This document shows positions 1 through 11,255 of a DNA stretch of 64,000 bases, in pieces. How positions within the stretch are numbered: position 1 is the first letter of the stretch; every line of letters begins with the position of its first letter. The notes beneath the pieces are model-generated. The model ran no database searches. It was not told the origin of the DNA and saw only the letters and a list, made by a program, of their open reading frames with translations. The position numbers and the translations under genes are program-made. The stretch comes from Bythopirellula sp. (lineage in GTDB: Bacteria > Planctomycetota > Planctomycetia > Pirellulales > Lacipirellulaceae), in assembly GCA_965216565.1 (NCBI GenBank), contig OZ244170.1:3264001-3328000 (forward strand), read 5' to 3'.

Positions 1-1
1 T

Positions 2-1159
2 TTCGGTGGCCGATACGTACCGGAAACGCTGGTACATGCGCTCGATTTGCTGGCCCAGCAGTATGACGAGGCCCGCGGCGACAAAGATTTTCAAGCGGAA
101 CTGGACGACCTGCTGAAGAACTACGTGGGGCGACCCTCGCCACTCTACTTTGCGAAACGTCTAACAGAGCATTGCGGTGGTGCGGAAATCTGGCTGAAAC
201 GGGAAGATCTGAATCACACCGGTGCCCACAAGATCAACAACACCCTCGGCCAGGCACTACTCACGATGCGAATGGGCAAACAGCGGGTGATTGCCGAAAC
301 GGGTGCCGGCCAACACGGTGTGGCCACCGCCACCGCCTGTGCCCACTTTGGCCTTGATTGCATCGTTTACATGGGCGAAGAAGATATCCGCCGTCAGGCT
401 CCTAACGTTTTTAGTATGAAGCTGCTGGGTGCGGAAGTCCGACCAGTCACCAGCGGTTCGCGTACTTTGCGCGATGCCATCAACGAAGCGATGCGCGACT
501 GGATGGGTAGTGTCGATTCCACGCATTACATTCTTGGATCTGTGGTAGGACCCCATCCCTTTCCGCGTATTGTTCGTGATTTCCAATCCGTGATCGGTCG
601 CGAAACAATCGAGCAGTCGCAAAACCAGCTTGGCAAACTGCCCGAAGTCGTGGTGGCGTGCGTCGGTGGGGGCAGTAATGCCGCGGGAATGTTTTATCCG
701 TTTGTGGAACATAGCGGGGTTAGCCTCGTAGGAGTTGAGGCTGGTGGTCGCGGCAATCAGCCGGGAGATCATGCGTCGCCGCTTACCTATGGTAGTCCTG
801 GTGTCTTGCACGGTAGTTTTAGCTTTGTCATGCAAGATGACGACGGGCAGACCTGCGATGTCCACTCGATGTCCGCAGGTCTCGACTATCCCGGCGTGGG
901 CCCCGAGCATAGTTACTGGAAACAGTCAGAACGCGTCGAGTATACGAGCTGTACCGATGGCGATGCGATGCACGCCTTCGACACCTTGGCCCAGCAGGAA
1001 GGTATTCTGGCTGCGCTTGAATCTTCGCATGCTCTCGCCGAGGGCATGAAACAGGCCAGCAATCTATCCTCCGACAAACGAGTCGTGGTCTGCTTATCGG
1101 GACGCGGGGATAAAGATGCTTCTGAGATTGCCAGGCTGAAAGGAGAGGATTTCGGTTAG
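2..1159 (+). CDS. trpB: Tryptophan synthase beta chain (5' end outside window)
   Basis: Frame is open from base 2 ([10 protein letters not shown]...). Motifs: [15 protein letters not shown] (PLP Lys), [34 protein letters not shown]. Confidence 0.98.
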   Translation, partial: FGGRYVPETLVHALDLLAQQYDEARGDKDFQAELDDLLKNYVGRPSPLYFAKRLTEHCGGAEIWLKREDLNHTGAHKINNTLGQALLTMRMGKQRVIAETGAGQHGVATATACAHFGLDCIVYMGEEDIRRQAPNVFSMKLLGAEVRPVTSGSRTLRDAINEAMRDWMGSVDSTHYILGSVVGPHPFPRIVRDFQSVIGRETIEQSQNQLGKLPEVVVACVGGGSNAAGMFYPFVEHSGVSLVGVEAGGRGNQPGDHASPLTYGSPGVLHGSFSFVMQDDDGQTCDVHSMSAGLDYPGVGPEHSYWKQSERVEYTSCTDGDAMHAFDTLAQQEGILAALESSHALAEGMKQASNLSSDKRVVVCLSGRGDKDASEIARLKGEDFG

Positions 1160-1187
1160 GTGACATTCACTAGCTGAAACGATCCAC

Positions 1188-1994
1188 ATGTCCGCAATCG
1201 ACGATCTCTTCACTAAGTTGCGTGCCGAGGGGCGCAAAGCACTGATGCCCTTCGTGACCGCAGGCGATCCCGACGTTGACTTCACAGCCGCAGTGCTCCG
1301 TGAACTCGTCGCGCGAGGTGCCTCGATGTGCGAGGTCGGCATCCCTTACAGCGACCCCATTGCCGATGGCCCGGTCATTCAAGCGTCTTACACCCGCGCA
1401 TTGAACAACAAAATAAAACTGGAAGCGATTCTAGAAACTCTCGGGCAAGTAGCACCCGATTTGGCCGCCCCCATAGTCACCATGGTTAGTTATGCCATCG
1501 TCTATCGACACGGTGCGGAGAAATATGCCGATGCACTTGTGAAGCGCGGCGTCTCGGGAATGATTGTGCCCGACCTTCCCACTGAGGAGTCTTCACTACT
1601 GGCAAAGATTTGTGAATCGCGTGATCTAAGCCTGATTCAGTTGATTACGCCGACGACCCCCAACGACCGCGCATTGAGAATTGCCGAGACCTCTAGCGGA
1701 TTTATTTACTACGTATCTGTAGCAGGCATCACCGGCGAACGAACTGCCCTGCCCCCCGGATTAACAGACCGTGTTGAATTGCTACGCGAGCAAACACCGC
1801 TACCGGTGTGTATCGGTTTTGGCATCAGCCAACCAGATCACGTCAAGATGCTGGCACCGGTGGCAGATGGTTTAATTGTGGGCTCGGCCATTGTTCGCCG
1901 CATCTCCGAAGCGGAATCCACCAGCCGCCAGGCCTCTCTTTCCGCTGTTGGGGACTACGTGTCCTCATTAGTTGAAGCACTCGAAAATGTCTAG
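1188..1994 (+). CDS. trpA: Tryptophan synthase alpha chain
   Basis: GIPYSDPIADGPVIQ, FIYYVSVAGITG, GFGIS and DGLIVGSAIV motifs; follows trpB. Confidence 0.98.
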   Translation: MSAIDDLFTKLRAEGRKALMPFVTAGDPDVDFTAAVLRELVARGASMCEVGIPYSDPIADGPVIQASYTRALNNKIKLEAILETLGQVAPDLAAPIVTMVSYAIVYRHGAEKYADALVKRGVSGMIVPDLPTEESSLLAKICESRDLSLIQLITPTTPNDRALRIAETSSGFIYYVSVAGITGERTALPPGLTDRVELLREQTPLPVCIGFGISQPDHVKMLAPVADGLIVGSAIVRRISEAESTSRQASLSAVGDYVSSLVEALENV

Positions 1995-2070
1995 TCGCGG
2001 CGTTTTTTGCTCACGAACTGACTAATCTTGCGTCGAAAATTAGTGTTAGGGCATAATCGGTGCACTTAAT

Positions 2071-2100
2071 TTGACCTGTTTGAAAATAGCAGAGTAAAAT
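2071..2100 (+). promoter_or_regulatory. Putative sigma70 promoter
   Basis: TTGACC-N18-TAAAAT upstream of the ORF starting at 2186. Confidence 0.5.
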
Positions 2101-2185
2101 TGAGTAGGTTGAGTCGCGCGAACCGCATTGGCTTTTCTACTTCCGACTTCGCGCGATGCGACCACCACCACACAGGAGGTCGCCT

Positions 2186-2719
2186 ATGAAAGCGAAAGAT
2201 CCTCAAAGCGATTTGCTACTCCGGTTTTTTGCCGGCATGACAGAGTACACCTTCAATTCGCGACTTGGTGTTGCCGATCCACCTTTAGTAGATTATCTCT
2301 CGGAAATGCTTGCCGATTTTGTGCGGACTGACGCCATCTATGGCCTTCGCACGCCCACGGGCGAACGCCTATCACAGGTTTCCGATATGCTCAGCGAAGC
2401 CGAGGCACGCCAGGGATCTGCACGACGACGCGTGCATCGCCATATCGGCGACTATACCTTGTTTTGGAGCGGAGTCTATCCCGAGATCGCCGAGCGCTTT
2501 CGTGAAGGTCGCAAAGATAGCCTGATCGACTACCAAGACCAGGGCAAACGCAACTACTTGTTGGCAAGTCGATTGCCCGCCGATACGAAGTCGGCTCCGG
2601 ACGAAATCCTCGAGCGTCTCAGCAATCGCTTCGACCTATGCGTCTACGGCTTGGGCGAAGTCCGCAAACAATGGGAAGAACGCGAAGGCGAAAGCGACGT
2701 GCCTATATTGCTGGGCTGA
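2186..2719 (+). CDS. Conserved hypothetical protein
   Basis: AGGAGG RBS before ATG 2186; helical protein with RHIGDYTLFWSGVYPE and DY..QGKRNY segments. Confidence 0.85.
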   Translation: MKAKDPQSDLLLRFFAGMTEYTFNSRLGVADPPLVDYLSEMLADFVRTDAIYGLRTPTGERLSQVSDMLSEAEARQGSARRRVHRHIGDYTLFWSGVYPEIAERFREGRKDSLIDYQDQGKRNYLLASRLPADTKSAPDEILERLSNRFDLCVYGLGEVRKQWEEREGESDVPILLG

Positions 2720-2747
2720 GTCACAAAATGACTCCACCGTCAAAGTG

Positions 2748-3674
2748 TTATGTCACAAGGCCCTTCGTCACCATCATGAAGACGTCTTCCAGGGTCGGTT
2801 CTCGCTCGGCAAACGAGATCAATCCACAGTTGGCCGCCACCAATTGATTCAGCAGGCGCTGCACGTCGGCATCCGAACCTTTCATTTCTACGATGCAACC
2901 GCGGGAATTCTCGTCGACATTCGTCACACCAGGGTTGCTCCGCACCAGGCTGAACCCTTGCTTAGGATCGCCCGCAAAGCGTACCGCGATTTGACGATTG
3001 CTGGTAATCTTGCGATAGACTTTGTCGATCGGGCCATGCAACAAGAGTTGTCCCCGTTCGATAATGCCAATCGACGTACAGCAATCGGCAAGCTCCGTCA
3101 AAATATGGCTAGAAATCAAGATCGTCTTGCCCATATTGCGGAGTTCTTTAAGCAGTGCTTTCACTTCCAATCGCGCACGCGGATCAAGCCCGCTGGCTGG
3201 TTCGTCGAGAATCAGCACTGGTGGGTCGTGGACCAACGTTTTCGCTAGGCACAACCGCTGTTTCATACCGCGCGACAAGCCGTTCACAAAATCGTCGCGC
3301 TTATGCGTCAAATCTAGCAGCTCCAACACATCGGAAAGCACTTCCTTGCGACGTGCCCGAGGCACTTGGTAAGCGACAGCGAAGAAGTCGAGGAACTCCC
3401 ACACCTTCATTCCATCGTAGACGCCAAAGTTATCGGGCATGTAGCCGATACTTCGCCGCACGCTGATCGGATCTTGAGTCACGCTATGTCCGTTAACTCT
3501 CCCCTCTCCATGCGTGGCCTTTAGTAGCGTGGCCAAGAAACGAATGGTGGTACTCTTACCCGCGCCATTGGGCCCGATAAAACCGAACATTTCCCCCGCC
3601 GGAATCTTAAGATTCAGGTTCTCAACTGCCACGAAATCTCCGTAGCGTTTTCCAAAGTTTTGAATTTCAATCAT
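2748..3674 (-). CDS. ABC transporter ATP-binding protein (ABC-2 type)
   Basis: Walker A GPNGAGKST, signature LSRGMKQR, Walker B LILDEP, SSH switch. Confidence 0.96.
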   Translation of the reverse strand: MIEIQNFGKRYGDFVAVENLNLKIPAGEMFGFIGPNGAGKSTTIRFLATLLKATHGEGRVNGHSVTQDPISVRRSIGYMPDNFGVYDGMKVWEFLDFFAVAYQVPRARRKEVLSDVLELLDLTHKRDDFVNGLSRGMKQRLCLAKTLVHDPPVLILDEPASGLDPRARLEVKALLKELRNMGKTILISSHILTELADCCTSIGIIERGQLLLHGPIDKVYRKITSNRQIAVRFAGDPKQGFSLVRSNPGVTNVDENSRGCIVEMKGSDADVQRLLNQLVAANCGLISFAEREPTLEDVFMMVTKGLVT

Positions 3675-3717
3675 CGGCTATGTATGTCAGGAGTGGCTAT
3701 CTATCTAAGATACGTTT

Positions 3718-6255
3718 CTACGGGGTCTCATCGGAAAAGTCGTCGTCGAATAAAGTCGCCTTAGTGATTTTTACATCCTTACGGCTATTGGCATCGGGAT
3801 GAGCACGAGGCAGGTCGCCAAAACGCAGGTGGGCCACTACGATAGTTGCCCCTTGAACCTGCGATGCCGCGGGAGTCACTTCAACTCCAGGCATCAAACC
3901 GTCTATGCGACCCACCAACCGGTATTCTTCCCGTCGGGCATTGCGAGAATCTTCCGCTCCCGAGAACCTAAAAGCAAGACCCAGCAGCGTATCGACGTTC
4001 AACCGTTCGATTGAGGCAAACGGCGATTGGCTTCGCTCTTTCCTGTAAGGTATCGGATTTGCTTTGAAATCGTAGCCGGTCAGGCCCAATACTTCTGAGC
4101 TCCCATTGCGAAATTTGCCAATCCAAGTCGCCTGATAGGCCGCAGCCTCACCATCATCGGGGAAGTACTGTCTCACAATAGCGACATTGTGCAAATCGAT
4201 CCCCGAATGATTCTCAACTTGCAAATCGCCACGCGACGACTTACCGAGCTTGACCGAGCCCTCAAGTGGTATCATCTGTTCGCTGTGCACCATACGCGTT
4301 GAATTCGAAGAGATGGCCAACCCGTGTAAGGCTGGATTCTTCTGCCGCTCAAACGCCACTGCGTACTCTTGATCTCGAATTGCGGAATTGAGTTGCTCCT
4401 CACTCGCTGCCAGCGGAATCGCTACCGACTGCTCAATTTCGTATTCGGCGTCGTAAGTAGTAGATAGGGAGGAGTATAGGGCTGTGTATCGGCTCAGCAG
4501 CCCGCGGTCATGTTCGCCCTGCAATTCCAAAAGAGCGATTTCCGTTTGAGCGCGGACAAATCCAATGTCCAGCTGGGCCATCCGCACCACGCCATAAGTG
4601 CCTGCGATGGCAATCACAGGAGCAGCAATCCACGCCCATTCCACTCGTCCCAAGGCATGGAACACCATCCAGTTTAACGGCACCAGAATCACCAGATAAG
4701 CGCCCACGCACATCAGCACGAAGCCGGCCTTGGGCATTTCCACGCCGGCGGCATCCAAGAGCAAGTTGCGCATCGTATTGGCAACAGGACTAAACGTGTT
4801 CCATGCCCCCACACCACCTTCGCGATCCACCTTTAAGCTACGAGTTGTTTGCGATAAGCCAAAGGGAGTTTCATCTTTCACTTCCAAGCTTTCCATGTTG
4901 GCTTTGGCACCAGCATCACGGGCAAACATCCGGACACCCGTTATCCAATGCGCATCGAGTCGCTCCTCCGGATAATCTTGCCAATCAATCTGCATCCCGC
5001 CATACGGACCTTCGCTAAACACTCGACGTGGTCGTCCAAGTAAAGCCGAGTTGAGGAAGCTATCGAAGCCACCCCAATTGATAAAGTCGCGCTGCGTTAA
5101 TTGAAATGACGAAACGACTACACTCCCTCGACCCACGTTACACTCGTAAAACAGCCCACCCCCTCCGGCTAGTTCCCTCGCATTTTCTCGAGGAGTAAGT
5201 TCAACCCCTGAGAACGGTTTCACAGGCACCAGTGGCGGAATGATCTCCCCCGATTCCCGCTCTCCCCAGTAGGTTGACCAACTTCGCAAATCGTCGGATG
5301 TGATACTACGGGGTCCTCCACTATCGACGGGTAATGACGCATCTAGAAAGGAGCCTCGCAAGACTTCCAAGGAGTCGGGACCATTGATAATTAGTCGACC
5401 TCCCCAATGCAACCAATCGAGTAGCGCTGCCTGCTGATCGTCGGTGAGTTTGGTGGGATCGACCTCATCCCACACCAGCACTGCCACGCCTGTCCACTGA
5501 AAAGCACTTGGCGGCAGAGGCAACTCTCGCTTCGCATCGGTTAAGGCAACTCGATAGTGGGGCTCAGAAATAGCATCGTATTCTTCTTCCCATTCGCTAA
5601 GAACCGAGTCGGTTACTTTTAGAAAAGCATAACGGGAAGGCTCCGCGGCGAGTACCTGCAGAAAGTACTGATACGACGGCATCCTTACCAATTTGGGAAC
5701 TTGCTTGATTTGTCCGAGTCCACTGTCTCGATTCGTGAATTCCGCTAGCAGGCGCGTTGCCTGAGATCCTTGGGGCACAAATACTTCGCCGGCAATATTC
5801 TTCTCTCGCCCTTTAGCTAAGACGACGGGTCGCGAAATCTCAAACGTAAACTGAGTTTTCGGAATTCGAACTGGTTGCTGGTTATCGTCAACAAGAATCG
5901 TCGAGTGGTTCAGCACAAAATCTTGATAATTGGCCCTCATCCGCTGAACGGTTGGCATCCAATGCCCCGGCTTCACCAGCAACTTCGGCGTTGCCTCAGC
6001 CCCTTGCTCCTCGGCTAGCTCCTGACCAAACAAAGGCGTTAGGGCACTAAGTTCAATCTCCAGCTTCTTCTTTTTCTTTTCCTCTTCCTCTTTGGCTGGG
6101 GGATCTTCGTCAGTTGTGGACGTACACCCTTTGCAGCCCGCCGTTGTCACGATGGCCAGGCCTAATGCCAGGCAAAAAAATGACCGCAACGTACTACGAC
6201 AGATCTTGTCGACCTTTTGTGCAAGCGATGCTGGTGTTGATTGGGGGTTAGACAT
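3718..6255 (-). CDS. Large membrane-anchored hypothetical protein, partner of the ABC ATPase
   Basis: 845 aa ORF; lipoprotein-like signal (TTAGC), GATase-like segment (QQAALLDWLHWGGRLII), two TM helices; upstream of the ATPase. Confidence 0.8.
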   Translation of the reverse strand: MSNPQSTPASLAQKVDKICRSTLRSFFCLALGLAIVTTAGCKGCTSTTDEDPPAKEEEEKKKKKLEIELSALTPLFGQELAEEQGAEATPKLLVKPGHWMPTVQRMRANYQDFVLNHSTILVDDNQQPVRIPKTQFTFEISRPVVLAKGREKNIAGEVFVPQGSQATRLLAEFTNRDSGLGQIKQVPKLVRMPSYQYFLQVLAAEPSRYAFLKVTDSVLSEWEEEYDAISEPHYRVALTDAKRELPLPPSAFQWTGVAVLVWDEVDPTKLTDDQQAALLDWLHWGGRLIINGPDSLEVLRGSFLDASLPVDSGGPRSITSDDLRSWSTYWGERESGEIIPPLVPVKPFSGVELTPRENARELAGGGGLFYECNVGRGSVVVSSFQLTQRDFINWGGFDSFLNSALLGRPRRVFSEGPYGGMQIDWQDYPEERLDAHWITGVRMFARDAGAKANMESLEVKDETPFGLSQTTRSLKVDREGGVGAWNTFSPVANTMRNLLLDAAGVEMPKAGFVLMCVGAYLVILVPLNWMVFHALGRVEWAWIAAPVIAIAGTYGVVRMAQLDIGFVRAQTEIALLELQGEHDRGLLSRYTALYSSLSTTYDAEYEIEQSVAIPLAASEEQLNSAIRDQEYAVAFERQKNPALHGLAISSNSTRMVHSEQMIPLEGSVKLGKSSRGDLQVENHSGIDLHNVAIVRQYFPDDGEAAAYQATWIGKFRNGSSEVLGLTGYDFKANPIPYRKERSQSPFASIERLNVDTLLGLAFRFSGAEDSRNARREEYRLVGRIDGLMPGVEVTPAASQVQGATIVVAHLRFGDLPRAHPDANSRKDVKITKATLFDDDFSDETP

Positions 6256-6378
6256 AAATCAAGAAGGAGAGCCTGACGCGATCAGCATTATTCATAGGCG
6301 AATAAGGAATTCGTATTATTCTAGCCGATTGTGGGTGCCGCGTAATGGTTCTCGCGCACATCTGCCCCAGGCTTTGCA

Positions 6379-8001
6379 TCAATCTTGTTGTGCCCGGGAA
6401 ATCAGCGTCCAAGCAAAGATCGCCACTGCTCCCAGTGCCAAAGTCAACATGAGGCAAAAGGCCGATACCCGATCCTCAGCACCATAATGGAGTAACCCAA
6501 AGATACGGACTGCGATGGTGGACACTCCCGGAGGGCACACCAACAACGTCGCAGCTAAATCGCTCACGCCAATAATAGCCGACATGCATAGCGCGGCAAC
6601 AACAGCGTGCCATCGCATCGGTAGGATGATCTGTAGTAGCCTGTGCCACCACGAGGCTCCTTCGCTCTTGGCACTGTCAAGCAGAGACTGCGGGACGGAA
6701 GCCAATTGAGCGGCCAACACAAGCGTTGCAAGCGGCAAAGCTCTCAGTGTTTGCACAACAACTGGAGCGAAGATGGTATGGTCATAGAGCCAAGTGAGAA
6801 ACGACAGCGCGGAGTCTTCTGGTCGATTCAATAGACTTATCGTCAAAATGCCTAAGAGCGGGCCGGGGAGTGCGAAGCAAATCGCCAGTCCAAGAGCAGT
6901 CGCCCAGACTGGAATCTTTTGTGTCCGAAGCAGCCAAGCCAGTAGCACTCCCCCCGCGGTGGCGAAAACTGCCGCCAACCCACTAATCGCAACTGTCCAC
7001 GCCAACTCGCGGCGATGCTCATAGGGACTCACTGCAATCAGTTCTGCTGCTTTTGCAATAGACCACTCCCGCTGAACTTGGCCGTCCTCCCGATAGGCGT
7101 GCATCCCCGCCTTACCCAATAGTCCTAACAGAGGAGTGACAAGTACCATCAAGGAGACGCACCAAACGATCATGTTGGCACCCCACTGTTGCGATTTCGC
7201 GACCCAACGTGAACTCTCCGTTGGAGTAACAAGTGCAAACCCCGGTAACCAAGCACTCATTGCAAGAAGCGCGGCCACAACGAGAGCAAGAACAAAGCAT
7301 GTGCCCAACCACAGATCGAGTCCGACCATTGGCTGAATTGCATCACTTGCTACGATTTCTTGCATCGAGCCCACTTGGAGCGAACCCAAACTGGCCGTCG
7401 TATAAACTTCTTCGGCAAAAGTGCGAACTTGAAAAATGTCTGTTACAGTGATCTCGCCCGCACAAATCACACCTATCCATAGTGCAGCTGCCACCAGCGC
7501 AGGCAACGAGCGTCGGACGCTCACACTCCACAGCACTTGCCTGGCGGAGGCGTCCTGGAGCGACTCTTCTTCCCACTCGCGAGGAATATTCCGCAACGCG
7601 GCACCAACAATTAGAACAACCCAAGGAACGGCCGCCATGCCGTGTACCCAGATGGCACCTGTCCAGCCGACTAGCCAGTTTTGACCTTCTGGTATCAGCC
7701 AACCACTTTGCCCCGCTGTCGCTTGCCAGGCAGCCGACTGCACAAACAACGGCACAAATAGCATGGCAACAAACAGACACTCCATCAGCCGACGCCCGGG
7801 CAAGCTTGTCTTGGCAATGGCAACCGCCAACAAGGTTCCCAACGGAAGGCTGACTAGCCAGCAGCCTCCCACCAACCAGGCCGTATTTAAAAGAAGACCA
7901 CGAAGTCGCTCACTGGCCAGAAGTAGGCACAAAACAAGCACGCAAGCAATCGCCAAAAATGCTAGTTTTCGAATTGCAGTGTTGGGCGTCGATTTTAGCA
8001 A
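6379..8001 (-). CDS. ABC transporter permease, FbpB/iron(III)-type with two permease domains
   Basis: Polytopic membrane protein with two EAA-like loops (EEESLQDAS; LLDSAKSEGAS). Confidence 0.85.
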   Translation of the reverse strand: MLKSTPNTAIRKLAFLAIACVLVLCLLLASERLRGLLLNTAWLVGGCWLVSLPLGTLLAVAIAKTSLPGRRLMECLFVAMLFVPLFVQSAAWQATAGQSGWLIPEGQNWLVGWTGAIWVHGMAAVPWVVLIVGAALRNIPREWEEESLQDASARQVLWSVSVRRSLPALVAAALWIGVICAGEITVTDIFQVRTFAEEVYTTASLGSLQVGSMQEIVASDAIQPMVGLDLWLGTCFVLALVVAALLAMSAWLPGFALVTPTESSRWVAKSQQWGANMIVWCVSLMVLVTPLLGLLGKAGMHAYREDGQVQREWSIAKAAELIAVSPYEHRRELAWTVAISGLAAVFATAGGVLLAWLLRTQKIPVWATALGLAICFALPGPLLGILTISLLNRPEDSALSFLTWLYDHTIFAPVVVQTLRALPLATLVLAAQLASVPQSLLDSAKSEGASWWHRLLQIILPMRWHAVVAALCMSAIIGVSDLAATLLVCPPGVSTIAVRIFGLLHYGAEDRVSAFCLMLTLALGAVAIFAWTLISRAQQD

Positions 8002-8254
8002 ACGGTGAAGTCTCTGACTGAGCCCAGCGGGCGGGTGGGGGTATCTGTGAAATCTGTTGCGTCCTGCGGTCCCTCGGCGGATTTGCAGCTAGCGCCGTCG
8101 GCCTATACGTCTCCCTCTATTTCACCACGCCCGCTGCGAAGATGCTAGCACCAGAACTGTAATCCTGTATGTGCACAAACTTGGCATAGCCCCGACCCGA
8201 AGGTTCTGATATTTTCCTCCGCCCCGGTACCAGCCCAACTCATTCTGGGTCAGC

Positions 8255-8929
8255 ATGACGATACGCACATTGATCTCGATTCGAGGATTACTTACTTGCC
8301 TTTTGGCGGGAGCCATCTGCGGCTGCAGTATTTTTCCCTACGGCGGCAAGGAGCGGACCTCTATTATCACGCCTCGCATGCGCATGGCTACGGTGAGCGA
8401 AATCGGCGCACGCGCCAGCAAGGCTGACTCCGCAGAACAACAACAGATCTGCGAAAACCTGGCCAGACAAATCCAAACTGAGCCCGATCCCCTGGTGCGG
8501 CAAGAAATTCAGAACACGGTGGCAGAGTTTTCAGCCCCACTGGCTGAGAAAATGCTCATCGCCGGGCTGAGTGACGAAGACGTCGATGTTCGTCTGACAT
8601 GTTGCTTCCGATTGGGTGAGCGAGCTTCGGTTACTACAATCGGGCCCCTTCAACAGGCTGTGCAATCCGATTCGGAACTCGATGTCCGGCTGGCTGCAAT
8701 CGATGCTCTTGCCAATATTCCCGGACAAGCAACGGTACCCGCATTAGGGGCTGCCCTCGACGACCGCGATCCAGCGATTCAATACGCTGCGGTGCAAGCA
8801 CTCAAGAGTGCCAGTGGCAAAGATCTCGGCAATGACGTCGCGGCTTGGCAAGAATACGTCGCGAGTGGCGCGTCAGTGCAGCCGGAAGTTTCGGTGGCTG
8901 AGCGAATCCAGCAAGCTTCGCCCTTCTAA
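8255..8929 (+). CDS. HEAT-repeat lipoprotein
   Basis: Lipobox-like AICGC; repeats DPLVRQE, DVDVRLT, ELDVRLAAIDAL, DPAIQYAAVQAL. Confidence 0.85.
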   Translation: MTIRTLISIRGLLTCLLAGAICGCSIFPYGGKERTSIITPRMRMATVSEIGARASKADSAEQQQICENLARQIQTEPDPLVRQEIQNTVAEFSAPLAEKMLIAGLSDEDVDVRLTCCFRLGERASVTTIGPLQQAVQSDSELDVRLAAIDALANIPGQATVPALGAALDDRDPAIQYAAVQALKSASGKDLGNDVAAWQEYVASGASVQPEVSVAERIQQASPF

Positions 8930-9353
8930 TACGCTGCCCGCCGGTCAGCCTTCCGCTCGGAATCCCTACCGCCGGGCTGATTACTTCTATGCTAGCTAGC
9001 AGAGACTGCAAACTTTCTGCGCTGATTCTTGCATAAGCTTCCCAGAGTATCAGGTCAGTCGCTACGCAGACCGCACCGCTAGCAAAGTCTGCCACGTTTC
9101 CCCCCCGCGTGGCGTGGTCGGTCATCTTTTGCATTTTTCCGTCTGAATTTCTCGGGCAAAGCTACCCGATATCAACTCCTGTGAACAGAACATGCGGGGG
9201 CATTCAATATCCGCGGTGAGAACGGAAGAACGGGGGGCATTCTCGTACTTCTTACGACCAGGCGAATCACCGCGCTGACAGTTGGGTCACGACCCACCGA
9301 CTGCTAGTTCTGCAGCTAGATCGCAAAAACTACTGCTTAAGGGGTGAGTCTCC

Positions 9354-11138
9354 ATGCAACAATGGTTGCCAGGACTGAGCGGAATATTTCTAGGCGCGCT
9401 GGCGCTCTCACTCTCATTGGCGGGTGTGACCGATGCCGCTACGAGTTCAGAAAAAGGAACCGAGCTGCGCTGGGTCTCTCCCTCGCGGACTAGTACCCCT
9501 GATCGTAAGCCGATTCGATCAACCCAAAAGCCCACTTCTGCGTCTACAAAGAATCCAGAATCAAAGACATCTACGAAGATTTGGAGAAAACCATCCACCG
9601 GCTCGAGCGCTGAGGGACTGCAAAAAGCAAAAGCAGCCAAAGCCTCGCAAAATGCAGTGGTGGCAAGACGAGCGAAGTCATCCTCCAGGAAAGCGAACAG
9701 CACTTCTTCCCAGGAGCAGTCGCCGTTTGATAAGTGGCTCATCTCTGAGGAATTAGAAACCGACGCCGGTAAGCAAATTGAGGTGACCGATAGTGCACCT
9801 ACTCCAGACAATCCGCGCGTCGCCATCCGCCTCTTCCGCTCTCGGTCGCAATCCCGGGACGATCAGCCTCGCTCGATCCCTAAGCAGACTATGCACCCGA
9901 CGGAACGGCAGGTCGACGACCGGCGACGTCCGCAAGAGCCACCAGCAAAGGACATTCCCGCACCCGAATCGCTAGTAGAAGGTTCACTGAAAGATGGCGA
10001 ACCGAAAGATACTGTCGCAGAGACTCCGTTAGTCCCCCTCACTCGTTCGCAACAGCACCTCCGTACAAAACTACGTCGTGTGTTAGCCCACTATTACAAA
10101 CGACCATTAAACACCCGGGATCGTAGCCCCTGGGAAATTATGCATGGCATTCTCGCTTACGAAGTCCATAGCAAGGTGCTTCGCGGCGGGCCGCAGGGCG
10201 AGCCCGTCACTGCCGTCGGTTGGCTCTGCTTCAATCAGCCGTGCAAAAAACGGACTCTGATGTACATCAACGACGAGGACGAGCTCCGCGTTCGAGTTGG
10301 CCCTGCTCTGCAAGGACACCGTGGACAGCTCTTGGCAATGCTGGCTCAGTCGAAAGTCAGTGCCAATTATCCAATGCGAGTCGAGGGTCACGATTTGACC
10401 GTGGCCGACTTGATCGAGATGGAAAAACGCACTTGCTACCCACGTAGCGAGCTTACTTTTAAGCTACTCGGATTGATGCACTATTTACCGTCGGATGCCC
10501 AGTGGATGAACGACCAAGGCATGCAATGGGACTTTCCCAAGATTGTCCGCGAAGAAGCCCGGCAGTCTCTCCGCGATGCCGCTTGTGGTGGAACGCACCG
10601 ACTCAGCGGTCTGACGTTGGCCTACAAGACTCGCGAGGCACGTGGAGAACCGATCGACGGAGCCTATGTCCAGGCAAAACGGTATGTTGTCAAGCACAAG
10701 AACTATGCCTACCGCCTCCAGAACGGCGATGGTAGCTTCAGCACCGAATGGTTCCGGGGTCCTGGCAACGAGGACAGCCTCGATCGCAAGATGAAAACTA
10801 CGGGACACATTCTGGAATGGCTTCTGTATGCCTCGGAAGAGCGAGATCTGAAGAGCTCCCGGATTACCCGCGCTACCAACTACCTGACGAACATCTTGTA
10901 CAACAACCGCAATAAAGACTGGGAGGCTGGGCCGCTGGGTCACGCCATCCACGCACTGCTGTTGTACGATCGTCTGGTGTTCGTTCCGCACGATCAGTCG
11001 GACGTTTTGCCTATGGCTAGCAGCCCTACTACGACTAATTCACGCAAGAGCCGTACCGCTTCGAAGTCGCGGTCATCCAGCCGGCGTTCGCCTTCCAGGA
11101 ACTCGCGGCAGGCTCAATCAAATCGGTCGCGTCGCTAG
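9354..11138 (+). CDS. Secreted hypothetical protein with S/K/R-rich N-terminus and alpha/alpha-barrel-like C-terminal domain
   Basis: Signal peptide, low-complexity region, QNGDGSFSTEWF (QxxDGxW-like repeat). Confidence 0.8.
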   Translation: MQQWLPGLSGIFLGALALSLSLAGVTDAATSSEKGTELRWVSPSRTSTPDRKPIRSTQKPTSASTKNPESKTSTKIWRKPSTGSSAEGLQKAKAAKASQNAVVARRAKSSSRKANSTSSQEQSPFDKWLISEELETDAGKQIEVTDSAPTPDNPRVAIRLFRSRSQSRDDQPRSIPKQTMHPTERQVDDRRRPQEPPAKDIPAPESLVEGSLKDGEPKDTVAETPLVPLTRSQQHLRTKLRRVLAHYYKRPLNTRDRSPWEIMHGILAYEVHSKVLRGGPQGEPVTAVGWLCFNQPCKKRTLMYINDEDELRVRVGPALQGHRGQLLAMLAQSKVSANYPMRVEGHDLTVADLIEMEKRTCYPRSELTFKLLGLMHYLPSDAQWMNDQGMQWDFPKIVREEARQSLRDAACGGTHRLSGLTLAYKTREARGEPIDGAYVQAKRYVVKHKNYAYRLQNGDGSFSTEWFRGPGNEDSLDRKMKTTGHILEWLLYASEERDLKSSRITRATNYLTNILYNNRNKDWEAGPLGHAIHALLLYDRLVFVPHDQSDVLPMASSPTTTNSRKSRTASKSRSSSRRSPSRNSRQAQSNRSRR

Positions 11139-11255
11139 CGATCTACCAGTTGGCGATTGAATGACGGGCCGTGTTGCATTAAATTGCAGGGTGCCCGTTG
11201 CTTCTTTGTCACCACTTCGGGCCTATATCGCCTGCTGGGCGCGACTCGGAGCATC

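Noticed and set aside
257..910. 217 aa minus-strand ORF and similar overlapping ORFs (e.g. 2745-3248, 9287-9826, 26853-27500, 38625-39080)
   Set aside because: Shadow frames of well-supported genes, with no recognisable motifs.
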